64,000 nt of DNA from Candidatus Woesearchaeota archaeon (GCA_017609645.1 JAFCDQ010000002.1:1260-65259), one strand, 5' to 3'; shown: positions 1 through 10,726, numbered from the stretch's first letter. The notes: a model not told the origin generated them from the sequence alone. Numbers and translations: made by a program.

Positions 1-2722
1 CACCAGTAACAGTAACAGTAATATCTTGTGTGTCAGTATTATCTGCACTGTCTTTAACAGTTAAAGTAATAGTTGTTACACCAAAAGCATCTTGCAATTG
101 AGTAACGGTCATCCATTTCTCATTATCATTATTATCAATTTCAACACTAATTAAATCTTCATCATAACCTGAAGCTTCCCAAATTAAATCTTCATCAGCA
201 TCTTCTTCATCATTTCCATGATCCCAAAGAGCATAAGAGTAAGGGTCGTCATCTTCTTCAAAAGGATCTCCATTCATTGGAACATTTGGAATAACTGGAC
301 TAATAACAGGAGCATCGTCTTCAAAGACAATTTCTATTTCAATATCTTCTAAAGTTACTTCTTGACTGAAAGAATCTTTAGCTTTCAAATCAAAAGTCTT
401 AATTCCAGCTAAATTAGCATTAAGCAATCTAATACTTAATTCTTTATCATCATTATCAACATTAATTTCAATATCTGCTGGCTTGTTTAATACTTCATAA
501 GTTAAACTATCAACAGCAGGGTCATAATATTCATCAATATCATAAAAAGCATTGCTAATGTCAACAATATTAGCTAGATCATCATTTTCATCAATACTTA
601 TCTTGTTTATTCCGTCTTTAACAACAGGAGCGTCATTAGAGTTTATAATTTCTAATTGAACAACAGCATCATCTGTGTTTAAACTTGCATCTTCAGCAGT
701 AATTGTAATATCAACTTTACCGAAAAAGTCTGCATCAGGTCTAATACTCAAATATTTGTTATCAATAGTAATGCCTGATAAAGTTTCTAATTCAGTTTGT
801 AATAGATTAGCATTATCAAAAGCTAAACTTAAACTGTAAACAAGATCTTCTGAAGCAGTTATGTCATCTTCAACATATCTAGGCAGATACATAACATAAG
901 GATTGTCTAAATTACCTTCATTAGCATTAATTACACCAATTTCTTTAGTAATTAAATCTTCATCCCAAACAGGAGCATTATTATCAGCAGTAATAACTGT
1001 GAAAGTAATTGCATCATTGCTTGAAGCACCATTAGTATCTTTAACATTGAAAGTAACTAAATCATTACCTTCATCAGTTCCAGTAATTCTAGCAACATTA
1101 CCTGCCATGATTAAAACATTAATATTCTCATTAAGTCCTGTGAATTGTTTTCCTTCGTTTGTTCCGCCGACAATAGTCCAGTCTAAAACTTCAGGAGCAT
1201 CATTATCGTCATAAACATAATTATTTAATTCAATATCAATGTACTCATTATCAACAACATTCATTTCGCTTGGCAAATAAACTTCAGGAGCTTGATTTCC
1301 TGTGCTTGATTTTAACATAGTTAAAGTAATTGTCTTACTTCTATCAAGAGTAACAATACCATTCTTAGTTTGATAACCTGATTTAGTTATTCTATAATCA
1401 TATTGACCTTCTACTTGGTTGCTGAAAACAGCATCTCCATTCCCATCAGTTGTCTTGTTAACTTCGTTGCTGTTTGAATCAGTTAAAGTAACAACAGCAT
1501 CTTTTAGAGGGTTGTTTGTACTTCCACTTTGTTCAAGAACTTTGAAAGTTAAGTCATAATTTTGCAATTCATCTTTCCAAACAATAAAATTAATATATTG
1601 AGTTGAAGGAATTTCCTGAGTACATTGAGGATTACTTGGGTTAACAACAATCTTCAAAGTATATTCATCAAATTCTTTTTCATTTGCAATAATTGGAGCA
1701 GTTATTGTATAATTCTTAGGCTTTTCATTTGCAGGGAATGTATTAACATGACCTGAACTAACAACTTGATCATTTGAATCAAGAATTTCCCAATCAAAAT
1801 CTAACTGAATATCCATAACATTACTTTGGTCATCAATTAATTCAGAACTCCAATCAAATTCAAAAGTAAATTCCTCATTTGAATAAACATTATTATCAAG
1901 TATATCTAAATTACTGATTAAAGCAGTGCAAACACCTGTAGGATTTTGAGCATAAACATTAAATAATTGAGCAGCTGAATTTTCAGGAGTTAATTCACAA
2001 ATATTATCATTAACTTGACTTGTAACTTTAGCTGTATAAGTTCCTGCTGTTCCAGGAGTCCAAGACCAGTTTGATGGAGCAGAATCTTCAACATAAAGAT
2101 TGTAAGCTTTTGTATCAGTATATACATTAGCATCAGTTTCATCTAATATATCAAGAGTAACTTCTGTATTAGCAGAATAAAAACTGATTAATTCAGGAGG
2201 AATTCCTTGAATTTTAGTGCTAGTTGAAGTAAAAGCAGTCTTTGTAGCACTTGTAAAATCAACAGTAGAATTTATGTTAACAGGCTCTGTTTCATTTCCT
2301 GTAACATCAACTGTGAAAGTTGAGATATCAGCAGCACAAACAGCAGCTTTTGTGAAATCAAAAGTTCCATCATGGAAATCACTTGATTTAACAGTTGTCT
2401 GAGCATTACCACTAGCATCTGTCCAAATCTCTAAAACTCTGTAACCACCAGCAGCTGTAAAGAACAACGCATAGCCGTTTTGAGAAGCTAATTGTGAAGG
2501 GAAATTAATAGTAACAACATTATCATTAGGATTATTATCATCAATTGCATTTGGAAATGTGTTTAAATTAATACAATTACTGTCTCCACAAACAAATGGT
2601 AGAACAGCAGCATCTTGAACATTTCCTTGATCAAATACAAAAGTAATTTGATGCCCAGCTGCAAATACTGCTACTGAAAGCATTAAAATAAATATAATCC
2701 AAATTGCTAATTTATTTTTCAT
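1..2722 (-). CDS. Large secreted/surface protein with tandem Ig-like/cadherin-like repeats (3' end runs off the window)
   Basis: Missing from the ORF track. ATG at 2722 gives the signal peptide MKNKLAIWIIFILMLSVAVFA. The frame appears open to the window edge and has repeated N/D-D-A-P-V...D motifs and Asp/Asn/Thr/Val-rich beta composition. Confidence 0.75.
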   Translation of the reverse strand, partial: MKNKLAIWIIFILMLSVAVFAAGHQITFVFDQGNVQDAAVLPFVCGDSNCINLNTFPNAIDDNNPNDNVVTINFPSQLASQNGYALFFTAAGGYRVLEIWTDASGNAQTTVKSSDFHDGTFDFTKAAVCAADISTFTVDVTGNETEPVNINSTVDFTSATKTAFTSTSTKIQGIPPELISFYSANTEVTLDILDETDANVYTDTKAYNLYVEDSAPSNWSWTPGTAGTYTAKVTSQVNDNICELTPENSAAQLFNVYAQNPTGVCTALISNLDILDNNVYSNEEFTFEFDWSSELIDDQSNVMDIQLDFDWEILDSNDQVVSSGHVNTFPANEKPKNYTITAPIIANEKEFDEYTLKIVVNPSNPQCTQEIPSTQYINFIVWKDELQNYDLTFKVLEQSGSTNNPLKDAVVTLTDSNSNEVNKTTDGNGDAVFSNQVEGQYDYRITKSGYQTKNGIVTLDRSKTITLTMLKSSTGNQAPEVYLPSEMNVVDNEYIDIELNNYVYDDNDAPEVLDWTIVGGTNEGKQFTGLNENINVLIMAGNVARITGTDEGNDLVTFNVKDTNGASSNDAITFTVITADNNAPVWDEDLITKEIGVINANEGNLDNPYVMYLPRYVEDDITASEDLVYSLSLAFDNANLLQTELETLSGITIDNKYLSIRPDADFFGKVDITITAEDASLNTDDAVVQLEIINSNDAPVVKDGINKISIDENDDLANIVDISNAFYDIDEYYDPAVDSLTYEVLNKPADIEINVDNDDKELSIRLLNANLAGIKTFDLKAKDSFSQEVTLEDIEIEIVFEDDAPVISPVIPNVPMNGDPFEEDDDPYSYALWDHGNDEEDADEDLIWEASGYDEDLISVEIDNNDNEKWMTVTQLQDAFGVTTITLTVKDSADNTDTQDITVTVTG

Positions 2723-2727
2723 TTTGA

Positions 2728-4122
2728 TTAGTTTCCTCCGAAACCTTTCTTTTTACCAGTAGATGGCTTTGATTGTGCTTCACCTGATTCTTTTTCTTCA
2801 GGTGTTTGATACATAATATACCCTGCACCTAGCAAATTGTTAATACCATTTTCTTGAACTTCTGGTTTAGCGAATTCTTTACTATCTCCGCTTATGCCAG
2901 TGTTACTTGGCAAGTAAGTCTTAATCAAATAACTTACAACAGCAAGTTTAAGATCAAGTGCAAAATACTCTTTCCTTTTTTCAAAATTTGCAGCTTCTAC
3001 TTCCATATCTTTTAACTTAATTGCATTTTCTGAGATATATTTATCAACAAGTGCTGAACTCAAATTGAATAAAGCCTTGACATTGTTAACATCATAATTA
3101 CCAGAAAGACCTTTGAATAAATCTTCAATTGTCTTAGGTTTTGGTTTTTCAACATCAAAATCATAATTCTCGTCATCAATGCCAGCTATTCTTTCTAAGA
3201 AATAATCTTTAAGTTCTTGCTTATAATCAGAGATTACTTTTTCTAAGATGCTGTTTTTGACATTTTTAAAATCCTGAAGCTTTTTAACTTCTTTGTCTTT
3301 GAAACTTTCATAAACAGCTTGACCAAGACCATATAAAGACTCTTCTAATTCCTTTATTTCTTTTTTCTGATCTTTTTCGTCTTTGCCTTCATTTTCTTTC
3401 TTGATCAAATCATTTCTTGTCTTGATCTCTTTGTTAGCAGATTCAACAATCTTATACATAGAATGCTTTTTAGTACCTTTGCCATTAATAGCGTGTTTGC
3501 TTAAAATGTCAGCTAAATCAGTGTTACCTTTTGCAAGGTCGTAGTTTTTTTCACTGATATACATACCTGCTCTTGAAAGAACAAGCTTGCTAATATAAGA
3601 AGCTGCTTTTTGAATTTCTTGGTATAATTCTGGACAAGCATCTGCTTTCAAATTCTTTATGTCATCTTTCTTATCATTTAATGAATCAAGATTAATTGCT
3701 AATTTTTTATCTTTACTCTCAGCAAAATCAATACTTTTCTTCATTGATTTGTAAATATCTGCCATTTTTTCAAATGCAGAATAATCCTTAGTTACTTTTT
3801 TAGCAAGCTCATCTACTTTAGCATCACTAAATAAAGGTTGAGATTGCGGAATAGCTGCAGGAGCTGTCTGAGATTTTAATATTTTCTTAATTTTAGCATT
3901 TAAGTTTTTATCCTCTATTTTATCCATATCTTTGTCATCCATTTCTGGAGCAGTTAAAGCATCGTTTGGAAAGTAATCAATTTTCTTTTGTTCTGTTTGA
4001 CAACTACCAAGACCAATCAAAGCGAAAAAAGAAGCAACAGCCATACCTACTTTTGCTTTTTTAGTTTGATACCAGTTTTGATTTTTATTTTCTTCTTTTG
4101 CAAGTTTTTGTATTTTTCTCAT
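2728..4122 (-). CDS. Hypothetical helical protein with lipoprotein-like signal (LGS-C)
   Basis: 464 aa ORF. Basic N-terminus, hydrophobic stretch, then GLGSC. Lys/Glu-rich helical body. Confidence 0.65.
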   Translation of the reverse strand: MRKIQKLAKEENKNQNWYQTKKAKVGMAVASFFALIGLGSCQTEQKKIDYFPNDALTAPEMDDKDMDKIEDKNLNAKIKKILKSQTAPAAIPQSQPLFSDAKVDELAKKVTKDYSAFEKMADIYKSMKKSIDFAESKDKKLAINLDSLNDKKDDIKNLKADACPELYQEIQKAASYISKLVLSRAGMYISEKNYDLAKGNTDLADILSKHAINGKGTKKHSMYKIVESANKEIKTRNDLIKKENEGKDEKDQKKEIKELEESLYGLGQAVYESFKDKEVKKLQDFKNVKNSILEKVISDYKQELKDYFLERIAGIDDENYDFDVEKPKPKTIEDLFKGLSGNYDVNNVKALFNLSSALVDKYISENAIKLKDMEVEAANFEKRKEYFALDLKLAVVSYLIKTYLPSNTGISGDSKEFAKPEVQENGINNLLGAGYIMYQTPEEKESGEAQSKPSTGKKKGFGGN

Positions 4123-4149
4123 TTTATTTTAAACCTCATGAATTTTATT

Positions 4150-5424
4150 TTATTGTTTGTGTGTTCTTCCAGTATAGTTTTTAACTTTTGGAATGTAATT
4201 TTGCTTTGGCTTACTTTCAGAAGAGGACATAAAACTTACTTTGCCTCCTCTTTTGGAAATACCAGATTTTCCAGAAGGTTCTTTAATTTTTTCAGCCATT
4301 CTTGAAATAGTTGGGAAATAAAAAGTAAAGTCTAATTGAGCTCCTGCTTCATCTTTAGATATACCCATACCTTCATACCAAAGACTTAAAGTGATTTCCA
4401 TGAAATCATTTCCTTCTTTATCATGTGGTTTGAAATGAAGTCTAGATGCGATTTTTCCAAGCACATCTTCTCTCATATTATTTCCAGCTGCATTGTCAGG
4501 CCAGATCATTTCACATCCTAAAGAAACTCCTAAACCAAAATATTTAGAAATCATATGATCTATGCCTGCTTCTATACTTAGACTATCTACTTTTACTGCG
4601 TCTGAAATAAAATATTCTTGAGAATTTTCATGTTTGTATACCATTCTAGCATATATACTTGTATCAAAGTTTTCACCAGATGCTAAGAATTTTTCAAGAT
4701 GAGCTTGTACATTAGCATCACTAGTATCTTCATTATATTCTTGACTTCCAATAAAATTAGCTTTAAATTCTGTAGCTAAAAAACCATACCATCCGCTGTC
4801 TTGAGCGTCATTTGCACCTAAAGCTAAACGACCAATAATTTGATTAATTTGATCAACATAAGTTAAGTTTCCATGGCTTGATTCTTTATTAAAATTAAAA
4901 TCTTTATATTGCCAAGCAGCGGCCATAGCCGCAAAAAAAGCACCAGAATAAAAAGTTGCTTGAGCACCAACCATACCTGATTGTGCTTGAGACACATCTC
5001 TTCCGGGTCTAAATAGATGATAATTTCCGAAAACACTTATTTCTGGTTCGCCTGGTTCGCCAACATTAAAAGTAGCAACACCTTCTGCACCAACAGAAAC
5101 TCTGAATTCTTCAATTAAATCAGCAGCTTGAGCATTTTTATCTTTGTAAACTCCAAGTCCTGCAGTTACTCTTCCAGAATCTTTATCTTTCATATATTGA
5201 CTTGGTTTTGCGAAAATATCTTGTGCTTTTACTTGTTTTTCTCCACCAATGCCTAACATTTCAGCAAGAGCAATAAGAAAAGTTCCTACATAAGCTCCAA
5301 TTTTGAAATAATTTCTTTTGTGAACATCTTTATTTATTAAGACGTCAGAATTCTTATTTTTCATAATATTATTAACAATATTGTTTTGAATTATTTTATC
5401 CATATCTTTTTGAGGTTCATTCAT
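4150..5424 (-). CDS. Hypothetical exported protein, beta-barrel-like
   Basis: 424 aa. N-terminal hydrophobic segment, then many alternating amphipathic strands ending in aromatics. SD-like AGGTGA and a TATA box lie upstream. Confidence 0.6.
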   Translation of the reverse strand: MNEPQKDMDKIIQNNIVNNIMKNKNSDVLINKDVHKRNYFKIGAYVGTFLIALAEMLGIGGEKQVKAQDIFAKPSQYMKDKDSGRVTAGLGVYKDKNAQAADLIEEFRVSVGAEGVATFNVGEPGEPEISVFGNYHLFRPGRDVSQAQSGMVGAQATFYSGAFFAAMAAAWQYKDFNFNKESSHGNLTYVDQINQIIGRLALGANDAQDSGWYGFLATEFKANFIGSQEYNEDTSDANVQAHLEKFLASGENFDTSIYARMVYKHENSQEYFISDAVKVDSLSIEAGIDHMISKYFGLGVSLGCEMIWPDNAAGNNMREDVLGKIASRLHFKPHDKEGNDFMEITLSLWYEGMGISKDEAGAQLDFTFYFPTISRMAEKIKEPSGKSGISKRGGKVSFMSSSESKPKQNYIPKVKNYTGRTHKQ

Positions 5425-5593
5425 TTTTTCTCACCTAATCATATAGCAATTTAACGATTAAACTACTGAGGAGTAGCACTTATATATAAATGTTTCTATT
5501 AATTTAGTATTTCTAAGTAGTTACTAATCATTGATTTAATCCCCCTCTCGAAGACAAGAAATATGTCAAATATAAAATTTTTACTGCAAAAAA

Positions 5594-5842
5594 TCAAAAT
5601 TCTTCTTCTTTCCACTCAGCAGACTCACCATCACAGCTTTCCTCTTCCTCATCATCAGTATCATGATACTCCTTCAAGAACTCACCATAACCCTCTTTTT
5701 CATAATCAGCAAACTCTTCATCCTCAAAAGTATCTTCTTTCTTAGATTTTTCAGTTACTTCTTCTTTGGCTTTTTTCTTAGATACTGTTTTTTTAGCCTT
5801 TGTTTTTTTCTTGGCTTTTTTTTTCTTAGCCAGAAATACCAC
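5594..5842 (-). CDS. Small protein with Lys-rich N-half and acidic C-half
   Basis: 82 aa ORF directly downstream of rpl15e; start codon uncertain. Confidence 0.55.
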   Translation of the reverse strand: MVFLAKKKKAKKKTKAKKTVSKKKAKEEVTEKSKKEDTFEDEEFADYEKEGYGEFLKEYHDTDDEEEESCDGESAEWKEEEF

Positions 5843-5847
5843 CCTTT

Positions 5848-6417
5848 TTACATTCTTCTTTTATTAGCTCTTCTACTTGGACGAGCTTTTTCAGCACCTT
5901 TGCCCTTATGTCTTAAACCACGGACTTTTCTGCCAGCACTAGTCAAACCTCTATGAGCTCTGCCTTTCTTTGCTGCAACACCCGCATAATTAGGATTCTT
6001 GACAATATTAGGATGATTTCTTTCTATTAATATGATTTCAAACCAATAATGCTTACCATCATTACCCACTTCATAACTGTTAAGAACTTCACAATTAGTA
6101 TATTTTCTAGAAGCTCTTTCTTCAGCAATCAGCTGATAATTTTTTCTAAGAATCATAGTCTGCCTGCTTGCTTTTGGCCTTCTTCCCTTAGTGATTCTAG
6201 GACGCCTATGAGAGCCTGCTTTAACTCTCTGCCTGACAAGAATAATACCAAGAATAGGCTTATAACCAAGCATTCTAGCTCTATTAAGCCTAGTAGGTCT
6301 TTTAATCCTTAGAGTGACAGGATCTTTTCTCCATTCCTGAAGATATTTCCTGTACTGTTCCTTCATGTTTCTCCTAGGATTTTTCCATAATTTCGCTATA
6401 AACTTGTAAAATGTCAT
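5848..6417 (-). CDS. rpl15e: 50S ribosomal protein L15e (eL15)
   Basis: RPTRLNRARMLGYK, IAEERASRKY, EVLNSY, RGLTSAGRK motifs. Confidence 0.97.
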   Translation of the reverse strand: MTFYKFIAKLWKNPRRNMKEQYRKYLQEWRKDPVTLRIKRPTRLNRARMLGYKPILGIILVRQRVKAGSHRRPRITKGRRPKASRQTMILRKNYQLIAEERASRKYTNCEVLNSYEVGNDGKHYWFEIILIERNHPNIVKNPNYAGVAAKKGRAHRGLTSAGRKVRGLRHKGKGAEKARPSRRANKRRM

Positions 6418-6498
6418 AATACTCTGAAAATTTCAATTTGTTTTAAAAATGTTTCTATTACGAAAGTATTAAAAAAGAAGAAATTAAAAAATACTTAG

Positions 6499-7272
6499 AT
6501 GGCAAAAAAGAAAGAGGTGACAGATGTATTAGGAGTAGACGCAGTAAGAACTTTTACTAAAAAAGAACGCCCAGAATGTGTTGCAACTATAGCAGTTTTA
6601 GGAGATGCTCTTGATGCATTTATTAAAAATCCTTCAGAAAAAAGCTATATCGCTCTTCTTAATAAAATCAAAATTATTGACAGAAAAATAAACAATGAAG
6701 ACTTAAGCAAATTATTTTTCCAATTATATACTGCGCCTAAAAATATATATGAATTCAAACCATTATGCCTAAAAATATTAGGACAGCTTGATTCAGCAAT
6801 ACCCTTTAACTCAAAAATTTTCAAAGACTTTATACGAGAAAAATCAAGAATATTTGATCAACTAGAACAAGCAGAATTTGCATTTGAAACAAGACTAAAT
6901 AGATTAATAGCACCAATAGTAAAATTAGGAATGTTTGTATTTAGTGCAAAAGATAGAAAAGAACCTTTGAAATTTCTTCAAGCACAGACAGGCAACACAA
7001 TCATCGAAATGAAAAAATTAATTAAACATTATCCTGCATACAAAAAAACAATTAAAAAAATAATGGATATTTTGCAAACATTTGCCGAAATAGTGCCAGA
7101 ATTATTTGACTTGAAAACAGCTTACAAACTTTATTTGAATGAAGTTATTAGACCAATAATAAAAGCCATACCTCAAGATGCATTAGATAAAATGGAGCTA
7201 GATAAGCTGGCAAAACAAGCTGAAATATTGAATACTGTTATAAGAAGTAAAGAATTTAGAGAATATATATAA
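6499..7272 (+). CDS. Hypothetical helical protein
   Basis: 257 aa ORF with native codon style, divergent from rpl15e. Confidence 0.7.
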   Translation: MAKKKEVTDVLGVDAVRTFTKKERPECVATIAVLGDALDAFIKNPSEKSYIALLNKIKIIDRKINNEDLSKLFFQLYTAPKNIYEFKPLCLKILGQLDSAIPFNSKIFKDFIREKSRIFDQLEQAEFAFETRLNRLIAPIVKLGMFVFSAKDRKEPLKFLQAQTGNTIIEMKKLIKHYPAYKKTIKKIMDILQTFAEIVPELFDLKTAYKLYLNEVIRPIIKAIPQDALDKMELDKLAKQAEILNTVIRSKEFREYI

Positions 7273-7285
7273 AAAATAAAAAAAA

Positions 7286-10200
7286 TTATTTTTTCTTGAA
7301 GTATGTTATTGTTTGCTGAGCATCAAACATAGCTTCTTTATCGCCTTTCTTATGATCTATTTTTCTTAATCCTAAGTATTTATCAAATACTTTTTTGATC
7401 ACTTTAGGAGAAATCCATTCTTTTCTGTAATTCTTGTTATCTTCCATGAAACGTTTTTCTTCTATTTTATATGCTTTAGAAAGTTCAAGTGCAACTAATC
7501 TTTGAGTTGGCTCATCAATTTCATTCTCTGTTTGAAGCATTACAACAAACTTATCAACAAGATTGCTTGCTTTAGCATAAACAAAACCAGAACCTTTGAT
7601 ATAATTCTCAGTTTCTTGATAAGCAACTTCCCATTTCTTAACAAGTCCTGCATCAGTTGTTAATTTCTTCTTTATTTCATTGATTTGTGTCTCTAAATTC
7701 TTGTAATTGCTCTTTATACCCTCTAATTTCTTGCCTAACTTGTTACCTAACGCATTAAGTTCATCTAAATTCTTAACTCCTGCGATGCTTGTTTCAACAT
7801 CTTTAACTGCTTTCTGAACATCAGCAAGTTGTTTCAAAGTTTTAGCATAATTCTTGTCAAGAGAAGTTAGATTTTTCCCAATATCGTCAAACTTTTGCTT
7901 GTACAAATCACTTTTATCAGCAGATTTAATCAACTCACTCAATCCTTTCTTAACAGAATCTAATTTATTGATATAATCTTCATGATTTCCTTTCAATAAT
8001 TTTATTTCTGTTACGTAAACATTCTGAATTGTTTCGTATTTTTTGATTATTTTTTGTATTTCAGGCTGAACTGCTTTAATCTCTTCAGAATCTTTTTGCT
8101 TTTTGATCAATTCATCTATTTTGTTCTGCAAAGATACATTTTGGTCTTGAACAATTTCTATTCTGTTTTCCATTTGGTTTACTTTTTCAGAAACTTTATC
8201 ATATCCCATAAAACCTAATGTAACAACAGTTCCTACAAATAATCCTTTTAACACACCCCAACCTGCTTGGTACCATTTTGATTTTTTTTGTTTAAATTTC
8301 ATTTTCTTTACCTCGGATTTTAATCTTGTTTTTCTAAATCTAGTGACAGGATCTATCTCTGTCTCTTCAATTTGTTTAACAGGTTTTTCCCCGTTTGACC
8401 ATAATTCATTTTCTAAATTTAATCTAGTTTTAGCAACTATTTTTTCAGCAAACTCTGCTTCGTCAACTTCTTCTTTTTTTTGCTTAACTTCCCCTGCAAT
8501 ATCTTCTTTAATTTCATAGTTTACGTCTTTTGCAGGTAGAATTTTACCATTCTTCATTTCTTTCTTTTTAAATCCTAGTTTCCCTCCAGAATTAACGGCA
8601 GAGTATTCTATTGCATTGTTAGGAGATAATTCTCCAGTGTGATAAAACGTATAACCTAGCAAATTTTCTAACTTCTGTTCTTCTTCTTCAGAGTAATTAG
8701 TATTATCAACATAAAGAATCATTTTTTCTCCAACGTTCATTAAATTCTTCAGATAAGTCTTGTACGTTCTCCTTAACTCTTTAAACTCCTCTTTGTCAAT
8801 AGCTTCGTCGCTAAATGCTTGAGCGACTTCTTTAACAGACAAAGGAAACTTTTCATGAGTTATATAACCAAATTCATCTTCAGCAGGATTGCTCACAGTA
8901 AAAACAGAAAAAATGTCTGCAGAATCAAACATTCCTTTGAGAGTTCGAGAAATATACAGTGTTTCCTTAATTTCAGAATCTTCGGCAGGACTTGCTTTTG
9001 GCATTGCCATATTTTTAGCAACTTTAGAACTTAATTGTTCAGGTTCTTTGTGGTTTACGTCTTCTACTAATCCCGCAAGATCAGACGATCCTATTCCTAG
9101 CCTTCTTTCTTTAAATTGTCGTGTAACTTCAGTTTCATGTGGAGCTGCTTTTTGAAAATCGCCACCACCTCTGCCAAAATGATCTGGCAAAACCTCTACG
9201 TTGCTGTCAACAGGAAGAGCATTAGGATCTTCTACAAAAGCAACATCCATATCAATTTTTTCTCCTAATTTTTCATCAAATTTTTGATTAAGAAATTCTT
9301 TATCTTTAACAAATCTAAACATATCTGAATTTTCAGCAGAATTTCCTGTAGACAAAAGATCTATGTTGCCTTTATCACCAGATTCGGGAAGGTTTAAGTC
9401 TATATCTTCCATAAACTCGGCTGTTCTTTGAGCACCACTTGGCGATTCTGGCATTTCAACACTCACATTTCTAAGTGAAAAAGAGTCATCATCTTCATTT
9501 TCATTTACTAATTTTTCATTCGCCGGCTGTTGAAATTGCATATCCTGACCAATTTGTCCAATTTTTTGCTTGGATTCAGCACTAAAATCACCATCATACT
9601 CGTCTTGGCCTGAAAAAACACTAGAGTCATCTGCAATAATCTCTTCAGTATTTTTATCAATTGTTTCAGATCCTTTAGATTCTTCTTCAGTAAATTCAGC
9701 CTTTTCATACTGTTCTTTAAGTTCTAACACTTCTGTTCCTTTTTTTACAGGAGGTCCAACATCAAAAATTTCAAATTTAACTAAAGGAGTGCTATAAGCC
9801 TCTTCTGCCACTTCTACTTCTTCAGCCCATTCATCATTTTCTTCAACATATTCTTTCACAGTATCAGGAGATTTTAATGCATTTATGTAAAGTTCTTTGC
9901 TTTTTTCAATATCTTTAATTTCATTAATGCCTGCCTTTATTTTTGATTGAAGACTTTCAAGTTTTTCCTTGTAAAGTTCTTCACCTAAAGTGTCTCTAAA
10001 AACTCCAAGACCATCTATTTCACCTTGAGCTTTTCTTATTTTAGCGAGGTATTTTGGTGTTTCAATTTGAAAATACTTATCAATTTCTTCTAATTTCATT
10101 TGTTCTTCATCTTCCATTAGTAAATTTATTGGCGGATTTTTAATCCTAGCATGTTTAACGTCCAAACCAAGTTCAAAAGCAGCAGAAATATCAGAAATAG

Positions 10201-10687
10201 ATTCGTTTTTTTCTTTTTTAGAATACAAAATAGTGTAAAAATAAATATCTTCTGGAAACTTGTCTGAAAAAAGTAACAATTCTTCTGCGTGTGTAATTTT
10301 AGATGCAGAATCTAAATTTGGTTCTTGAGCTCTCATAACAACCATTTGTGAATAGTCAGGATATAAATTAGAAAGCTTCCGGGACTTTTCTTTAATTGAT
10401 TTAATATCGCTGATTTTCACACTTTCATGACCTGCAAAATCAAAACAAGTATATTCAACAATTTCATCTGTAACAGGATGCTTAATAGGAATTGTTTCAG
10501 GCTTCAAAGCAATGTCTATTGCTTGGCCTGCTTTAACACTTAATATCAAGTCTTCAAGAGATTTTTTTATCCACAATCGTTCTTGACTTTGTTCACGAAA
10601 ACGTCTTTTAATCTCTGAGTTATTTATATTATCTAAAGAATCATCATTCTGTTCCATATTATCCTCTTCTCCATTAATACCCATCAT
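7286..10687 (-). CDS. Large single-pass membrane protein with acidic disordered N-region and C-terminal coiled coil
   Basis: 1133 aa. One TM segment (WGVLKGLFVGTVVTLGFMGY) after a basic patch; heptad-rich C-terminal third. Confidence 0.75.
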   Translation of the reverse strand: MMGINGEEDNMEQNDDSLDNINNSEIKRRFREQSQERLWIKKSLEDLILSVKAGQAIDIALKPETIPIKHPVTDEIVEYTCFDFAGHESVKISDIKSIKEKSRKLSNLYPDYSQMVVMRAQEPNLDSASKITHAEELLLFSDKFPEDIYFYTILYSKKEKNESISDISAAFELGLDVKHARIKNPPINLLMEDEEQMKLEEIDKYFQIETPKYLAKIRKAQGEIDGLGVFRDTLGEELYKEKLESLQSKIKAGINEIKDIEKSKELYINALKSPDTVKEYVEENDEWAEEVEVAEEAYSTPLVKFEIFDVGPPVKKGTEVLELKEQYEKAEFTEEESKGSETIDKNTEEIIADDSSVFSGQDEYDGDFSAESKQKIGQIGQDMQFQQPANEKLVNENEDDDSFSLRNVSVEMPESPSGAQRTAEFMEDIDLNLPESGDKGNIDLLSTGNSAENSDMFRFVKDKEFLNQKFDEKLGEKIDMDVAFVEDPNALPVDSNVEVLPDHFGRGGGDFQKAAPHETEVTRQFKERRLGIGSSDLAGLVEDVNHKEPEQLSSKVAKNMAMPKASPAEDSEIKETLYISRTLKGMFDSADIFSVFTVSNPAEDEFGYITHEKFPLSVKEVAQAFSDEAIDKEEFKELRRTYKTYLKNLMNVGEKMILYVDNTNYSEEEEQKLENLLGYTFYHTGELSPNNAIEYSAVNSGGKLGFKKKEMKNGKILPAKDVNYEIKEDIAGEVKQKKEEVDEAEFAEKIVAKTRLNLENELWSNGEKPVKQIEETEIDPVTRFRKTRLKSEVKKMKFKQKKSKWYQAGWGVLKGLFVGTVVTLGFMGYDKVSEKVNQMENRIEIVQDQNVSLQNKIDELIKKQKDSEEIKAVQPEIQKIIKKYETIQNVYVTEIKLLKGNHEDYINKLDSVKKGLSELIKSADKSDLYKQKFDDIGKNLTSLDKNYAKTLKQLADVQKAVKDVETSIAGVKNLDELNALGNKLGKKLEGIKSNYKNLETQINEIKKKLTTDAGLVKKWEVAYQETENYIKGSGFVYAKASNLVDKFVVMLQTENEIDEPTQRLVALELSKAYKIEEKRFMEDNKNYRKEWISPKVIKKVFDKYLGLRKIDHKKGDKEAMFDAQQTITYFKKK

Positions 10688-10726
10688 ACACCACTAGAAA
10701 ATAACAAATAGTATTTAAATTTTTCG

